The translations under genes and the position numbers were made by a program. Shown here in pieces: positions 16,968 through 25,647 of a stretch of 64,000 bases of DNA; positions within the stretch are counted from its first letter, which is position 1, and every line of letters starts with the position of its first letter. The notes below the pieces were generated by a model. It did not search any database and was not told the origin of the DNA. It saw only the letters and a list, made by a program, of their open reading frames with translations. Source of the DNA: Candidatus Methylomirabilota bacterium (lineage in GTDB: Bacteria; Methylomirabilota; Methylomirabilia; Rokubacteriales; CSP1-6); contig DATAOC010000019.1 of NCBI GenBank assembly GCA_036265915.1, positions 37,006 through 101,005 of the forward strand, given 5' to 3'.

Positions 16968-18429
16968 CGCTTGCTCCCTCTGCCAGGGGAAGCCACACGG
17001 TGGCCGTCGTTCCGGCGCCCTCGCCGCTCGCGATCGACACGTCACCGCCGTGGGCGGCCACGATGTCGCGCGAAATGGTGAGGCCGAGGCCGGTGCCGAC
17101 ACCCGCGGGCTTCGTGGAAAAAAACGGCTCGAAGATGCGCGCCTGGTCGGCGGCTGGAATACCGCAACCGGTGTCTTGCACCGTGATCGCCAGGCCGGGA
17201 CAGCCGCCGTCGTCCCGGCGGCCCGCGGAGACCACGACCGTCCCATTCGCCGGCGTCGCTTCGAGCGCGTTGATGATGAGGTTGATCAACACCTGCTGCA
17301 TCTGGTGCGGATCGGCAGAGACCGGGGGCAGCTCGGGCGAAACCCGGGCTGCCAACCGCACGCGGCGACGCCGGGCGACATGGTCCATCAACGGCCACAC
17401 GTGCTCCACGATCTCGGCGATCCGGACCGTCTCCACCACGGGCTTCTGCTGCCGCGCGGTGTCCAGGAGGGCGCGAATGATGCCGGAGATGCGATCGATC
17501 TGTCGGACGATGCCGGTCAGCTCGGTGCGCCGCTCGTCCCCGGGCGGAAGGGAATCGAGCACCATCTCGGCGCGGCCGGAGATGATGTTCAGCGGCGTGC
17601 CGACCTCGTGCGCGATGCTCGAGGCGAGCTTGCCCACGATGGCGAGTCGCTCGGCATGCCGGAGGTGCTGCTGCAGGTCCAGCGCGCGCTCCGTCTGTGT
17701 CTGCAGCGCCGCGCGCGCCGCCCCGAGCTGGCTGGCCATGGCGTTGAACGTCTCGGCGACGTGGCCGAGCTCGTCGCGACGATCCGTCGGCGCACGGGCG
17801 TCGAGATGTCCCTCCTTGAGCCGAATGATGGCGTCGTTCAGCCTCGAAAGACGATTGAAAACCTGACGCTGCAGCGCGACACCGATGGCCACGGCCACCG
17901 AGACCGCGACGAGCCCGAGCCGCAGGAAGACGTCCCGGACGGCGGCGCGGCGCTGCGCGGCGATGTTGCGCGCGATCTGGACGAGCTCGAGTGCCGCTAC
18001 CGGCGCGCCGTCGACGCCCCGGACCGGCGCGATGTGGAACAGGACCAGCTGGCCGCCGCTGCGTTCCTCGAAGCTCACCGGGATCGCGTCGCGCAGGACC
18101 GAGCGCACCTCGGGGACTGCCCGACGGTCATCGACGTCCAGGCTGTTCGAGACGACGATCGGGCGGGCATCGCGGTCGAAGAGGCGAATGCGGTCAATGT
18201 GCTGCTGGCGGCGTGCCAGGTGCTGCAGCGACCGCTGCAGCCACTCGGGCTCGGGAGTGCCTCCCGGCTCCAGCGCAGCGGCCAGGACGTCGGCGCTCCG
18301 CGCCAGGATGTCGTGGTCGGACTTCAGGAGCGCCGTGTATTCCTGTCGTACCCGGATGGTTCCGTGCACGCCGATCGCAAGCAGCAGCGGAACGAGCACA
18401 CTGAGGCCGAGCCGCCAGCGCAGGCCCAT
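16957..18429 (-). CDS. Sensor histidine kinase (2 TM, periplasmic domain, HAMP, HisKA, HATPase_c)
   Basis: Start chosen at MGLRWRLGLSVLVPLLLAIGV. It has the H-box SSIAHEVGTPLN and N/G boxes (LINLIINALEAT, DTGCGI, GTGLGL). The upstream part of the 697-aa track ORF is antisense to the ChaB-like gene. Confidence 0.88.
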   Translation of the reverse strand: MGLRWRLGLSVLVPLLLAIGVHGTIRVRQEYTALLKSDHDILARSADVLAAALEPGGTPEPEWLQRSLQHLARRQQHIDRIRLFDRDARPIVVSNSLDVDDRRAVPEVRSVLRDAIPVSFEERSGGQLVLFHIAPVRGVDGAPVAALELVQIARNIAAQRRAAVRDVFLRLGLVAVSVAVAIGVALQRQVFNRLSRLNDAIIRLKEGHLDARAPTDRRDELGHVAETFNAMASQLGAARAALQTQTERALDLQQHLRHAERLAIVGKLASSIAHEVGTPLNIISGRAEMVLDSLPPGDERRTELTGIVRQIDRISGIIRALLDTARQQKPVVETVRIAEIVEHVWPLMDHVARRRRVRLAARVSPELPPVSADPHQMQQVLINLIINALEATPANGTVVVSAGRRDDGGCPGLAITVQDTGCGIPAADQARIFEPFFSTKPAGVGTGLGLTISRDIVAAHGGDVSIASGEGAGTTATVWLPLAEGASDGR

Positions 18430-18572
18430 ACTCCGGACGATACCGTGCGCGCCATCCACTCGCCACTCGACGCAGACCTCGAAAGGCGGTCCCGCGCTCG
18501 GAGCTCGTCGCGATCTGGCGGGGCCTCGCGGGCCCGGCCTCGCGGTCGAGTGCCGGCCTGACGGCTGGACGC

Positions 18573-18588
18573 TGGCATCGCCGTCGCA
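18573..18588 (+). promoter_or_regulatory. Candidate sigma-54 (-24/-12) promoter upstream of the ChaB-like gene
   Basis: TGGCATcgccgTCGCA has exact GG-N10-GC spacing. The predicted start site near 18599 leaves a 22-nt leader containing GAAGGAGG before ATG 18622. It sits in the divergent intergenic region facing the kinase/activator operon. Confidence 0.5.
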
Positions 18589-18621
18589 TCCGCTGGTGTC
18601 AACCTGTGAAGGAGGTGGCTC

Positions 18622-19005
18622 ATGCCAGCGCGAAGCTCGATGCCAAGCACGATCAAGCGGTCGTCGCCGAAGGCCCAGCGCACGTGGTCCAAGACTCACG
18701 ACCATGCCGTCGACGAGTATGGCGAGGGGGCGCGCGCCCATCGCACCGCCTTTGCCGCGGTGAAGCACTCGTTCGAGAAGAAGGGGGACCGCTGGGTCGC
18801 CAAGGACCACAAGGGACCGTCCGACCCGCGCGCCAGGCACGGCGGCAAGGCGGCGCGCCAGGGCAAGGGAGAGACGTTCGGCGGTGTGGATTACGAAGGC
18901 CACTCGAAGCACGAGCTCTACGAGCGCGCCAAGGATCTCCACGTCGAGGGGCGCTCGAAGATGTCGAAGAAGGAGCTGGCGCGGGCGATCGCCCGCAAGC
19001 AGTGA
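18622..19005 (+). CDS. ChaB-family protein with C-terminal Rho-N/SAP-like helical tail
   Basis: A strong SD (GAAGGAGG) precedes the start. The central segment AQRTWSKTHDHAVDEYGEGARAHRTAFAAVKHSFEKKGDRW resembles ChaB. The C-terminus reads ELYERAKDLHVEGRSKMSKKELARAI. Confidence 0.7.
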   Translation: MPARSSMPSTIKRSSPKAQRTWSKTHDHAVDEYGEGARAHRTAFAAVKHSFEKKGDRWVAKDHKGPSDPRARHGGKAARQGKGETFGGVDYEGHSKHELYERAKDLHVEGRSKMSKKELARAIARKQ

Positions 19006-19056
19006 CGCGACCGCCGGAATTTGACTGGGCGCCGCTCGGTGCGCGACCATGACGTG

Positions 19057-19845
19057 ATGAAGGTCCTCGTCGTCGACGATTCCCCGCCGCGTCAGCGACT
19101 GCTAACCGCGCTTCTCCGCCAGGCCGGCCACGACGTCGTGAGCGCGGCCGACGGCGAGGCCGCGCTCGAGGCGCTCGCCGGTCAGGTCGTCGACGTGGTG
19201 GTGTCGGATGTGAGGATGCCGCGCATGGACGGCTTCCAGCTGTGCCGGCGTCTCCGCACCGACCCCCGCTGGGCCCGACTGCCGTTCGTGTTCTACAGCA
19301 GCATCTTCATCGGCGATCGGGCGCACGAGCTCGGCATGGACCTCGGCGCGACCGCGTACCTCGACGCCAAGCACGTGCCGCCGGAGCAGATCGCCAAGCA
19401 GATCGATCTCCTGGTGCATCGCGTGACGAGTGCCGAGTATCGCGAGGCCATCGTTCGCTTGCGCGACGACGTGGAGTTCGCCCGCCGATATCATCAGGTC
19501 TTGCTGTCCTCGCTCGACAGCGTCCGGGATGCCGGCGTGCACACGACGATCTCCTCCAACGTGCGCGCCCTCGACGACATCCTCACCCGTCTCGACACGG
19601 AGCGCCGCGCGCTCGCGGAGCGTGCCGACGTTCCGGTGCCGGCGGCCGAGCTGAACCGCCTGAAGAAGCTGAGCGAGGCGCTCGGCGCGGAGATCAACAA
19701 CCCGCTCGGCATGCTGCTGCAGGGGGCGGGTGGCCGCAGCACGACGTCTCCCGATACGGCGGAAGCGATCGCGACCCTTCGCGCAGCGGTCGCTCGCATC
19801 AATGACGTGGTCCGCAAGCTGACACAGCCCGGCGGCCGGGCGTAA
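19057..19845 (+). CDS. Response regulator receiver with C-terminal His-less DHp-like helical domain
   Basis: The REC domain is clear (MKVLVVDD, VVVSDVRMPRMDG). The C-terminus carries LGAEINNPLGMLL, a HisKA H-box with Ala where the phospho-His normally sits. There is no ATPase domain. Confidence 0.8.
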   Translation: MKVLVVDDSPPRQRLLTALLRQAGHDVVSAADGEAALEALAGQVVDVVVSDVRMPRMDGFQLCRRLRTDPRWARLPFVFYSSIFIGDRAHELGMDLGATAYLDAKHVPPEQIAKQIDLLVHRVTSAEYREAIVRLRDDVEFARRYHQVLLSSLDSVRDAGVHTTISSNVRALDDILTRLDTERRALAERADVPVPAAELNRLKKLSEALGAEINNPLGMLLQGAGGRSTTSPDTAEAIATLRAAVARINDVVRKLTQPGGRA

Positions 19846-19863
19846 CGCGCGACGGGCGTTACG
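19841..19863. terminator. Hairpin spanning the two convergent stop codons
   Basis: CGTAACGC, a GCGACGG loop, then GCGTTACG form an 8-bp stem. The stem includes the TAA of the RR gene and the complement of the transporter gene stop. Confidence 0.35.
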
Positions 19864-20716
19864 CCACGCGTCCGGCGCTCGGCGCGCGAGCGGTCCCGGC
19901 CTTCCCGCCGGCGTGCACCTGCGCGTGGTTCAGGGCGGCCACCAGCGAGACGCCGCCGACGATGTTGCCCAGGAGCGTCGGCGCCATGTAGTGGCCCAGG
20001 GCCGCTCCCCACGTGGTGGCGCCGGTGACGGCCGCATAGAAGACGGCGGTAGCGCCCGCGATGATGTGGGCGAAGCCGCCGATGCCGACGACGTACGTGA
20101 TGATCAACACCACCCAGATGCGTCCCGCCTCGGCGAACGGCAGCAGCCACACCATCAGCGCGATGAGCCAGCCGCCGAAGACGGCCTGGATGAAGATCGT
20201 GGCCCAGCCGCCGCGCGCCTCGTCGGCGGCCAGCGCGCCGAAGGCGGCGCGCACAGGCGGCTCGAACACCTCGGTCGTCCCGACCAGCCACGCGAAGGCC
20301 AGCGTGCCGATCAGGTTGGTGGCGAGCACGATCGCCCACAGCCGCGCGACGTTGCCCCCGACCGCGAGCGACGGACGGCTCAGCAGCGGCAGCATTGGCG
20401 TCAGCGTATTCTCGGTGAAGAGCTGCTGTCGTCCGAGGACGACGATGAGAAACCCCACCGTGTACCCGAGCTTGGCGACGAGCGGCCGCCACGGCGCGTC
20501 CGGCAACGCCGCATAGAGGACGGCCTCGGCCGCCAGGGAAAACCCCATCGACAGACCCGCGGCGAGTCCCGACCAGGCCAGAGCCGACGACGGCCGCTGC
20601 AGCTCCTGCTCGCCTTCCCGCCGAATCGCCTCGTGCACGACGTCGGCGCCGATGGAGGTACGCTCGGCGGCGGCGTCCTGCGAACGGCCCCGCTCCTCTG
20701 GCGCGCTGCGCGGCAT
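19859..20716 (-). CDS. Formate/nitrite transporter (FNT) family membrane protein
   Basis: It is a multi-TM protein with GYTVGFLIVVLGRQQLFTENTLTP, a pattern I associate with FNT-family annotations. Start ambiguous between ATG 20716 (preceded by GGGGTG) and ATG 20737. Confidence 0.7.
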   Translation of the reverse strand: MPRSAPEERGRSQDAAAERTSIGADVVHEAIRREGEQELQRPSSALAWSGLAAGLSMGFSLAAEAVLYAALPDAPWRPLVAKLGYTVGFLIVVLGRQQLFTENTLTPMLPLLSRPSLAVGGNVARLWAIVLATNLIGTLAFAWLVGTTEVFEPPVRAAFGALAADEARGGWATIFIQAVFGGWLIALMVWLLPFAEAGRIWVVLIITYVVGIGGFAHIIAGATAVFYAAVTGATTWGAALGHYMAPTLLGNIVGGVSLVAALNHAQVHAGGKAGTARAPSAGRVA

Positions 20717-20767
20717 GAGGACACCCCGGGGCAACATTGATGCCGTCGGCGCGACGCTGACGATACG

Positions 20768-20781
20768 GCCACCTGCAGGTG
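20768..20781. promoter_or_regulatory. Perfect 14-bp palindrome in a divergent intergenic region (candidate operator)
   Basis: CCACCTGCAGGTGG is its own reverse complement. It lies between the FNT gene start and the SnoaL-like gene start. Confidence 0.3.
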
Positions 20782-20877
20782 GTACGACCCGGATGGCAGG
20801 AGACCCGGCGGTGGGCGGTCTCGTGCACGGGAATCCGGTCGCATGCGTGTCCCGTCGTAATCGCGAGGAGAGCGAGG

Positions 20878-21324
20878 ATGAAGCCGATCACCGGTGAGGA
20901 AGACCTCGACGACCGAAGCCGACCGCACCAGGCGCTTGCGGAGTTCTACAAGGCGTTCAACGGCCGCGACCTGGCCCTCATGGCCGAGAACTGGGATGAC
21001 TCAGAAGACGCCGTCATGGACAACCCCGTGGGCGGCATCACGCGCGGGTGGGACGCCATCCGCGCGGTGTACGAGCGGATCTTCAACAGTCCGGCGCGCG
21101 TGCGCGTCGAGTTTCACGACTACACGGTGCATCTCGCGGACTCGCTCTTCTACGCGGTCGGCCGGGAGCGCGGGAGATTCGAGACTCCCGGCGGCGCCCT
21201 CGACCTCCGCATCCGCACGACGCGCATTTTCCGGCGGGTGGGCGCCCGCTGGCGCCAGGTGCACCACCACGGCTCGATGGACGATCCGGCGCTGCTCGAG
21301 CGTTACCAGCGGGCGGTACGCTGA
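20878..21324 (+). CDS. NTF2/SnoaL-like (ketosteroid isomerase-like) protein
   Basis: ATG 20878 is preceded by GAGGAGAGCGAGG. The FYKAFNGRDLALMAENW...TRIFRRVGARWRQVHHHGS pattern is typical of the SnoaL/DUF4440 fold. Confidence 0.75.
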   Translation: MKPITGEEDLDDRSRPHQALAEFYKAFNGRDLALMAENWDDSEDAVMDNPVGGITRGWDAIRAVYERIFNSPARVRVEFHDYTVHLADSLFYAVGRERGRFETPGGALDLRIRTTRIFRRVGARWRQVHHHGSMDDPALLERYQRAVR

Positions 21325-21346
21325 CGCGCTCGGCGGGCGACCGCCA

Positions 21347-22531
21347 CTAGCACATCAGCCAGTCGCCGTACGTTCCGCGGATCGGCTTGCCCTCGGCGAA
21401 TCGCGACAGCCGGAACGTCGGAAGATCCGGGTGCCCGCTCGGCCCTTCAACGACGAGCGCCGCCACCATCCGGCCCACGGCGGGTGACAGCTTGAAGCCG
21501 TGACCGGAGAAGCCGGCGGCGACGACGTAGCCCTCAGGGCCCACGCGGTCGAGGATCGGATGCCAGTCGGGCGTCACATCGAAGCAGCCCGCGTAGCCCC
21601 GCGCGATGCGGCCCTCCTCGAGTACCGGAAAGCGATGGCTCACGCGCGCGAGCGCGTCGGTCGACTCATCCAGGCTGACGCCTTCCTTGTAGGCGTCGGG
21701 GTCGACGGCGTCGCGCGACTCGTCGGCGTCGAGGCCGCCGACGAGGATGTGCTCGCCGAGCTCCGGCCGCGTGTAGATGTTCGTCACGAAGTCGTAGACC
21801 ATGGGATGCGGCCGCCGGTCCGCCGCGGGCCACGCGACGATGCTGATCCGGTGGCGGCACACGTGAATCGGCAGCTCCACGCCCGCCATCTCGGCGACGC
21901 GGGCGCTCCAGAGTCCGGCGGCGTTGACGACCACGGGCGCGTGAATGTCGCCGGCGCTCGTGCGGACGCCGCGGACGCGGTCGCCCTCGACGATCGACCC
22001 GAGCACCGCGGTGTCCTCGAGGATGCGCGCGCCCGCCGTGCGCGCGGCCCGCGCGAAGCCCTGCGCGGTCTCCACGGGATTGCAGTAGCCGGACGCCGGC
22101 TCGTAGCAGCCGGCCACCAGGTCGTCGATCCGCAGGCGGGGCTCGAGCTCGCGCATCTCGGCGGGGGACACGAGCCGCGTGTCGATGCCGACCGAGCGCT
22201 GGAGGGCGACCGAGGCCTCCATCGGCGCCCGCATCTTCGCGTCGACGCCCAGCAGGTATCCCGTGTGGCGAAAGCCGCACGACTCGCCGTCGACGCGCTC
22301 GGCGAAGTGCTCGAAGAACTCCAGCGAGTAGCGAATCATCCGGCACGTCTGCGCGGTGGAGTAGTGCTGACGCACGCACGCCGAGCTCTTGCCGGTGCCG
22401 CCGGAGGCGATGGAGCCCTTGTCGACGACCACCACGTCGCGGATGCCGCGCCGGGTGAGGTGATAGGCGGTGCTGAGTCCGGTCACGCCGCCGCCGATGA
22501 CGACGACGTCCGCCGTTCGCCCGGACGCCAT
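21347..22531 (-). CDS. FAD-dependent oxidoreductase (DAO family; sarcosine oxidase beta / D-amino-acid oxidase-like)
   Basis: Starts MASGRTADVVVIGGGVTGLSTAYHL, an FAD Rossmann motif. Length and C-terminal GFSGHGFK motif are typical of the DAO family. Confidence 0.85.
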   Translation of the reverse strand: MASGRTADVVVIGGGVTGLSTAYHLTRRGIRDVVVVDKGSIASGGTGKSSACVRQHYSTAQTCRMIRYSLEFFEHFAERVDGESCGFRHTGYLLGVDAKMRAPMEASVALQRSVGIDTRLVSPAEMRELEPRLRIDDLVAGCYEPASGYCNPVETAQGFARAARTAGARILEDTAVLGSIVEGDRVRGVRTSAGDIHAPVVVNAAGLWSARVAEMAGVELPIHVCRHRISIVAWPAADRRPHPMVYDFVTNIYTRPELGEHILVGGLDADESRDAVDPDAYKEGVSLDESTDALARVSHRFPVLEEGRIARGYAGCFDVTPDWHPILDRVGPEGYVVAAGFSGHGFKLSPAVGRMVAALVVEGPSGHPDLPTFRLSRFAEGKPIRGTYGDWLMC

Positions 22532-22542
22532 GCGCGCGCTCG

Positions 22543-23886
22543 CTATGCCTCGAGCCCGCAGAGCAGCAGCAGCACGGCGAGCTTGCGATAGAGCGAGGCG
22601 AGGCTGATCCGAAGCAGGCGGGCGGCCTGCCGCTTGTCGAAGCCGGCCTCGGCCAGCGCGTCGCGGACGTACCGGCGCTCGAACTGCCGCAGCGCCTCGC
22701 GCAGCCCGCGGTCGTATGCCGTGGCTGCCGACGGCGCCTCCGCCGCGAAGTGCTGGAGCGACAGCGTGTGACCGCCGCCGAGCACCATCGCGCGCTCCAG
22801 GATGTTCTCGAGCTCGCGAACGTTGCCCTTCCACGGCTGCTCGACGAGCATCCGCAGCGCGTCGGGATCCACCGCCACGAAGGCCGTGCGCAGCTTGGCG
22901 TTGAGACGGCGCATCAGATGGTGCACGAGCTGCCGGATATCCCCGCGACGCTCGCGGAGCGGCGGCACCGTGATGTGAACGACGTCGAGGCGATAGAAGA
23001 GGTCCTCGCGGAAGCGCCCCGCCTCGACCTCGACCGGCAGATCGCGGTTGGTGCTCGCGATGATGCGGACGTCCACGGACAGCGGCTTCGTCCCGCCCAC
23101 CGGCCAGACCTGCCGATCCTCGATGACCCGCAACAGCTTGACCTGGACCGCCGGCGGCAGCTCACCGATCTCGTCGAGGAACAACGTCCCGTGATCAGCC
23201 GCGACGAAGAGGCCCGGATTGGCGGTCAGCGCGTTCGTGAACGCGCCGCGCACGTGGCCGAAGAGCTGGCTTTCGATGAGCGTGTCCGGAATGGCGCCGC
23301 AGTTGACGGGAATGAACGGCCGCGCGCGCCGCCCGCTGCCGGCATGGATGGCCGCCGCGACCAGCTCCTTGCCGACCCCGCTCTCACCGGTGATGAGGAC
23401 ATTGCTCGGCGTCGTCGCGCAGCGCGCGATCTGCTCGCGCACGGTCACGATGCCGGCGCTCTCCCCGACGAGCTCGCGCGGCGGCGCCGGTCGCGAGTGC
23501 CCGTTCTCGCCGTCGGCGGCGGCCTGACGCAGCCGGAGCACACGCTCGACGCTGCGGCGGAGGTCGTCGAGGTCGAAGGGCTTGAGCAGGAAGTCGTTCG
23601 CTCCGCGACGGATCGCCTCCACGGCGCCGTCGACGGTGGCGTGCGCAGTGATGAGAATGATGCCGATTTGCGGGTTGGCCTTCCGGAACTGCTCCACCAC
23701 CTGCAGGCCGCTCAGGCCGGGCATATAGATGTCGCTGACCACCAGGTCGAATCCGCGCTGGATGCTGCGCAAGGCCTCGTCGCCGCTGACGGCAACCGCG
23801 ACGTCGTAGCCATCGACGGACAGCACTTGCTGCAGAGCGTCGCGCATGACGGGCTCGTCGTCGACGACTAGAATCGATGCACTCAT
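22543..23886 (-). CDS. Sigma-54-dependent response regulator (NtrC family) with variant GAFTNA loop; no adjacent kinase
   Basis: ATG 23886 is preceded by GGAGG. It has a REC domain (ILVVDDE, DLVVSDIYMPG), Walker A GESGVGKE, a GAFTNA loop and an HTH (KRQAARLLRISLASLYRKL). The remainder of the 969-aa track ORF is antisense to the di-haem gene. Confidence 0.9.
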   Translation of the reverse strand: MSASILVVDDEPVMRDALQQVLSVDGYDVAVAVSGDEALRSIQRGFDLVVSDIYMPGLSGLQVVEQFRKANPQIGIILITAHATVDGAVEAIRRGANDFLLKPFDLDDLRRSVERVLRLRQAAADGENGHSRPAPPRELVGESAGIVTVREQIARCATTPSNVLITGESGVGKELVAAAIHAGSGRRARPFIPVNCGAIPDTLIESQLFGHVRGAFTNALTANPGLFVAADHGTLFLDEIGELPPAVQVKLLRVIEDRQVWPVGGTKPLSVDVRIIASTNRDLPVEVEAGRFREDLFYRLDVVHITVPPLRERRGDIRQLVHHLMRRLNAKLRTAFVAVDPDALRMLVEQPWKGNVRELENILERAMVLGGGHTLSLQHFAAEAPSAATAYDRGLREALRQFERRYVRDALAEAGFDKRQAARLLRISLASLYRKLAVLLLLCGLEA

Positions 23887-24144
23887 AGGAACCTCCGCGA
23901 CTCCCCGGGAGTTCAGCAAATCGGGTCGCGCATCGGTTCCGCGAAAATACTCCGGATGCGCGGCCGGAGCAAGAGGCCACCCCCGATGCTCGCCAGGCCG
24001 TGGCAGTGGCATCGCCGATGGTGCCGTCCGCGCATTCTCAGCCCTGCGAAGCGGCACGCGCGCGCGCTCGCGCGCCTGAGAAGAAGGAACGCCTCCCGTC
24101 TCGTGTGTCTCCCGCATTATCGAGCGCTTGCGCCTGATCGGGTC

Positions 24145-24159
24145 TGGCACTCGCCTTGC
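24145..24159 (+). promoter_or_regulatory. Sigma-54 (-24/-12) promoter, perfect consensus
   Basis: TGGCACtcgccTTGC matches TGGCAC-N5-TTGC at every conserved base. It lies 70 nt upstream of ATG 24229, in the divergent region facing the activator gene. Confidence 0.75.
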
Positions 24160-24228
24160 CCTGTGAGCCGGCGACCCGTGATTCGTGTCGCCTGTCCGGG
24201 AGAACCGGTCAGAGAACGGAGCTGCTCG

Positions 24229-25569
24229 ATGGAATATCGCTATGGCAGGGTGGTGCTCGCGACTGTCATCCTCACCGTGCTCGGCATCTCGCCGACGATC
24301 GATGCACAGTTTCGCGCGCGCGATCCTGGCGTGCGTGGCGGTGCCGCCGGAGCCGGCGGCATGCTGCCCGGCCTCACGACCGACGAGCAGGAGATGTTCA
24401 ACGTAGGCCTGGAGGACTTCGGCGAGGAAGAAAAGGTCGCCGACGGCGTCGGACCGCGCTTCAACTTCGTGTCGTGTGCGGGATGTCACGCCCAGCCCGC
24501 GATCGGGGGCAGCAGCCCCGCCGCGAACCCGCTGTTTCGCGTGGTCGGTGACCTGCGCTTCAGCGGTAATCAGAACCGCATGCCGTCGTTCATCACGCCC
24601 GGCGGTCCCGTGCGTGAGGCGCGGTTTCAGTTCAACCCGGATGGCACGCGCGATGGCGGCGTCCACGCGCTCTTCGTGATCACCGGCCACCCGGAGGCGC
24701 CGGCCGGATGCGGCATCGGACAGGAGGACTTCGAGAAACAGGTCCGCAACGACAACATCATCTTCCGGATCCCGACGCCGGTGTTCGGCGCCGGTCTGAT
24801 CGAGCAGATCAAGGACAGCGCGATCGTCGACAACCTGGCCTCGAACTCCTTCACCAAGCGCAGCTTCGGTATCAGCGGCCGCGTGAACCGCAGCGGTAAC
24901 GACGGCACCATCACGCGGTTTGGCTGGAAAGCTCAGAACAAGTCGCTGCTGGTCTTCTCGGGCGAGGCGTACAACGTCGAGATGGGGATCACCAACGAGC
25001 TGTTCCAGCAGGAGCGCGACGAGACCCCGGGGTGCCAGGCCGCGCACGTGCCCAACGACGTCACGCCAAGCGCCCATCAGATCGGCGCCATCGAGAACTT
25101 CGCCAACTTCCAGCGCTTCCTGGCGCCGCCGAGCCCGTCGACGGACAAGCCGGGCAGCTCGGCGTCCATCGGCCGTGGTCGCGCACAGTTCACCAGCACC
25201 GGCTGCGCGCTGTGCCACACGCCCGCGCTGCCAACCGGCAACGCCACGGTGGCAGCGTTGCGCAATCGAACCGCGACGTTGTATTCCGACCTGGCGCTGC
25301 ATCAGATGGGCCCGGGCCTCGCCGACGATATCTTGCAGGGGGGCGCGCGCGGCGACGAGTTCCGGACCGCGCCGCTCTGGGGGCTCGGCCAGCGGATCTT
25401 CTTCCTGCACGACGGGCGTACGACGGACCTCGTCGACGCCATCCGCGCGCACCGCAGCGGCGGAAACTCCAAGTTCGGTCCGTCGGAGGCCAACGCCGTC
25501 ATCGACCGGTTCAACAACCTCGGCGAGGGGGACAAGCAGGATCTGCTGAACTTCCTGCGCTCACTGTAG
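24229..25569 (+). CDS. Secreted di-haem c-type oxidoreductase (DUF1111 / cytochrome c peroxidase-like)
   Basis: A signal peptide is present. Two haem c motifs are CAGCH and CALCH. The RFGWKAQNKSL signature is one I associate with DUF1111 'thiol oxidoreductase/peroxidase' proteins. Confidence 0.85.
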   Translation: MEYRYGRVVLATVILTVLGISPTIDAQFRARDPGVRGGAAGAGGMLPGLTTDEQEMFNVGLEDFGEEEKVADGVGPRFNFVSCAGCHAQPAIGGSSPAANPLFRVVGDLRFSGNQNRMPSFITPGGPVREARFQFNPDGTRDGGVHALFVITGHPEAPAGCGIGQEDFEKQVRNDNIIFRIPTPVFGAGLIEQIKDSAIVDNLASNSFTKRSFGISGRVNRSGNDGTITRFGWKAQNKSLLVFSGEAYNVEMGITNELFQQERDETPGCQAAHVPNDVTPSAHQIGAIENFANFQRFLAPPSPSTDKPGSSASIGRGRAQFTSTGCALCHTPALPTGNATVAALRNRTATLYSDLALHQMGPGLADDILQGGARGDEFRTAPLWGLGQRIFFLHDGRTTDLVDAIRAHRSGGNSKFGPSEANAVIDRFNNLGEGDKQDLLNFLRSL

Positions 25570-25647
25570 CGGGCGGCAGGCCAGGGCCTGTCGACTTTTC
25601 GCCTCACCGTTCGTCTATGGGGTGAGGGCGTAAAGGAGGCCCTGGCC

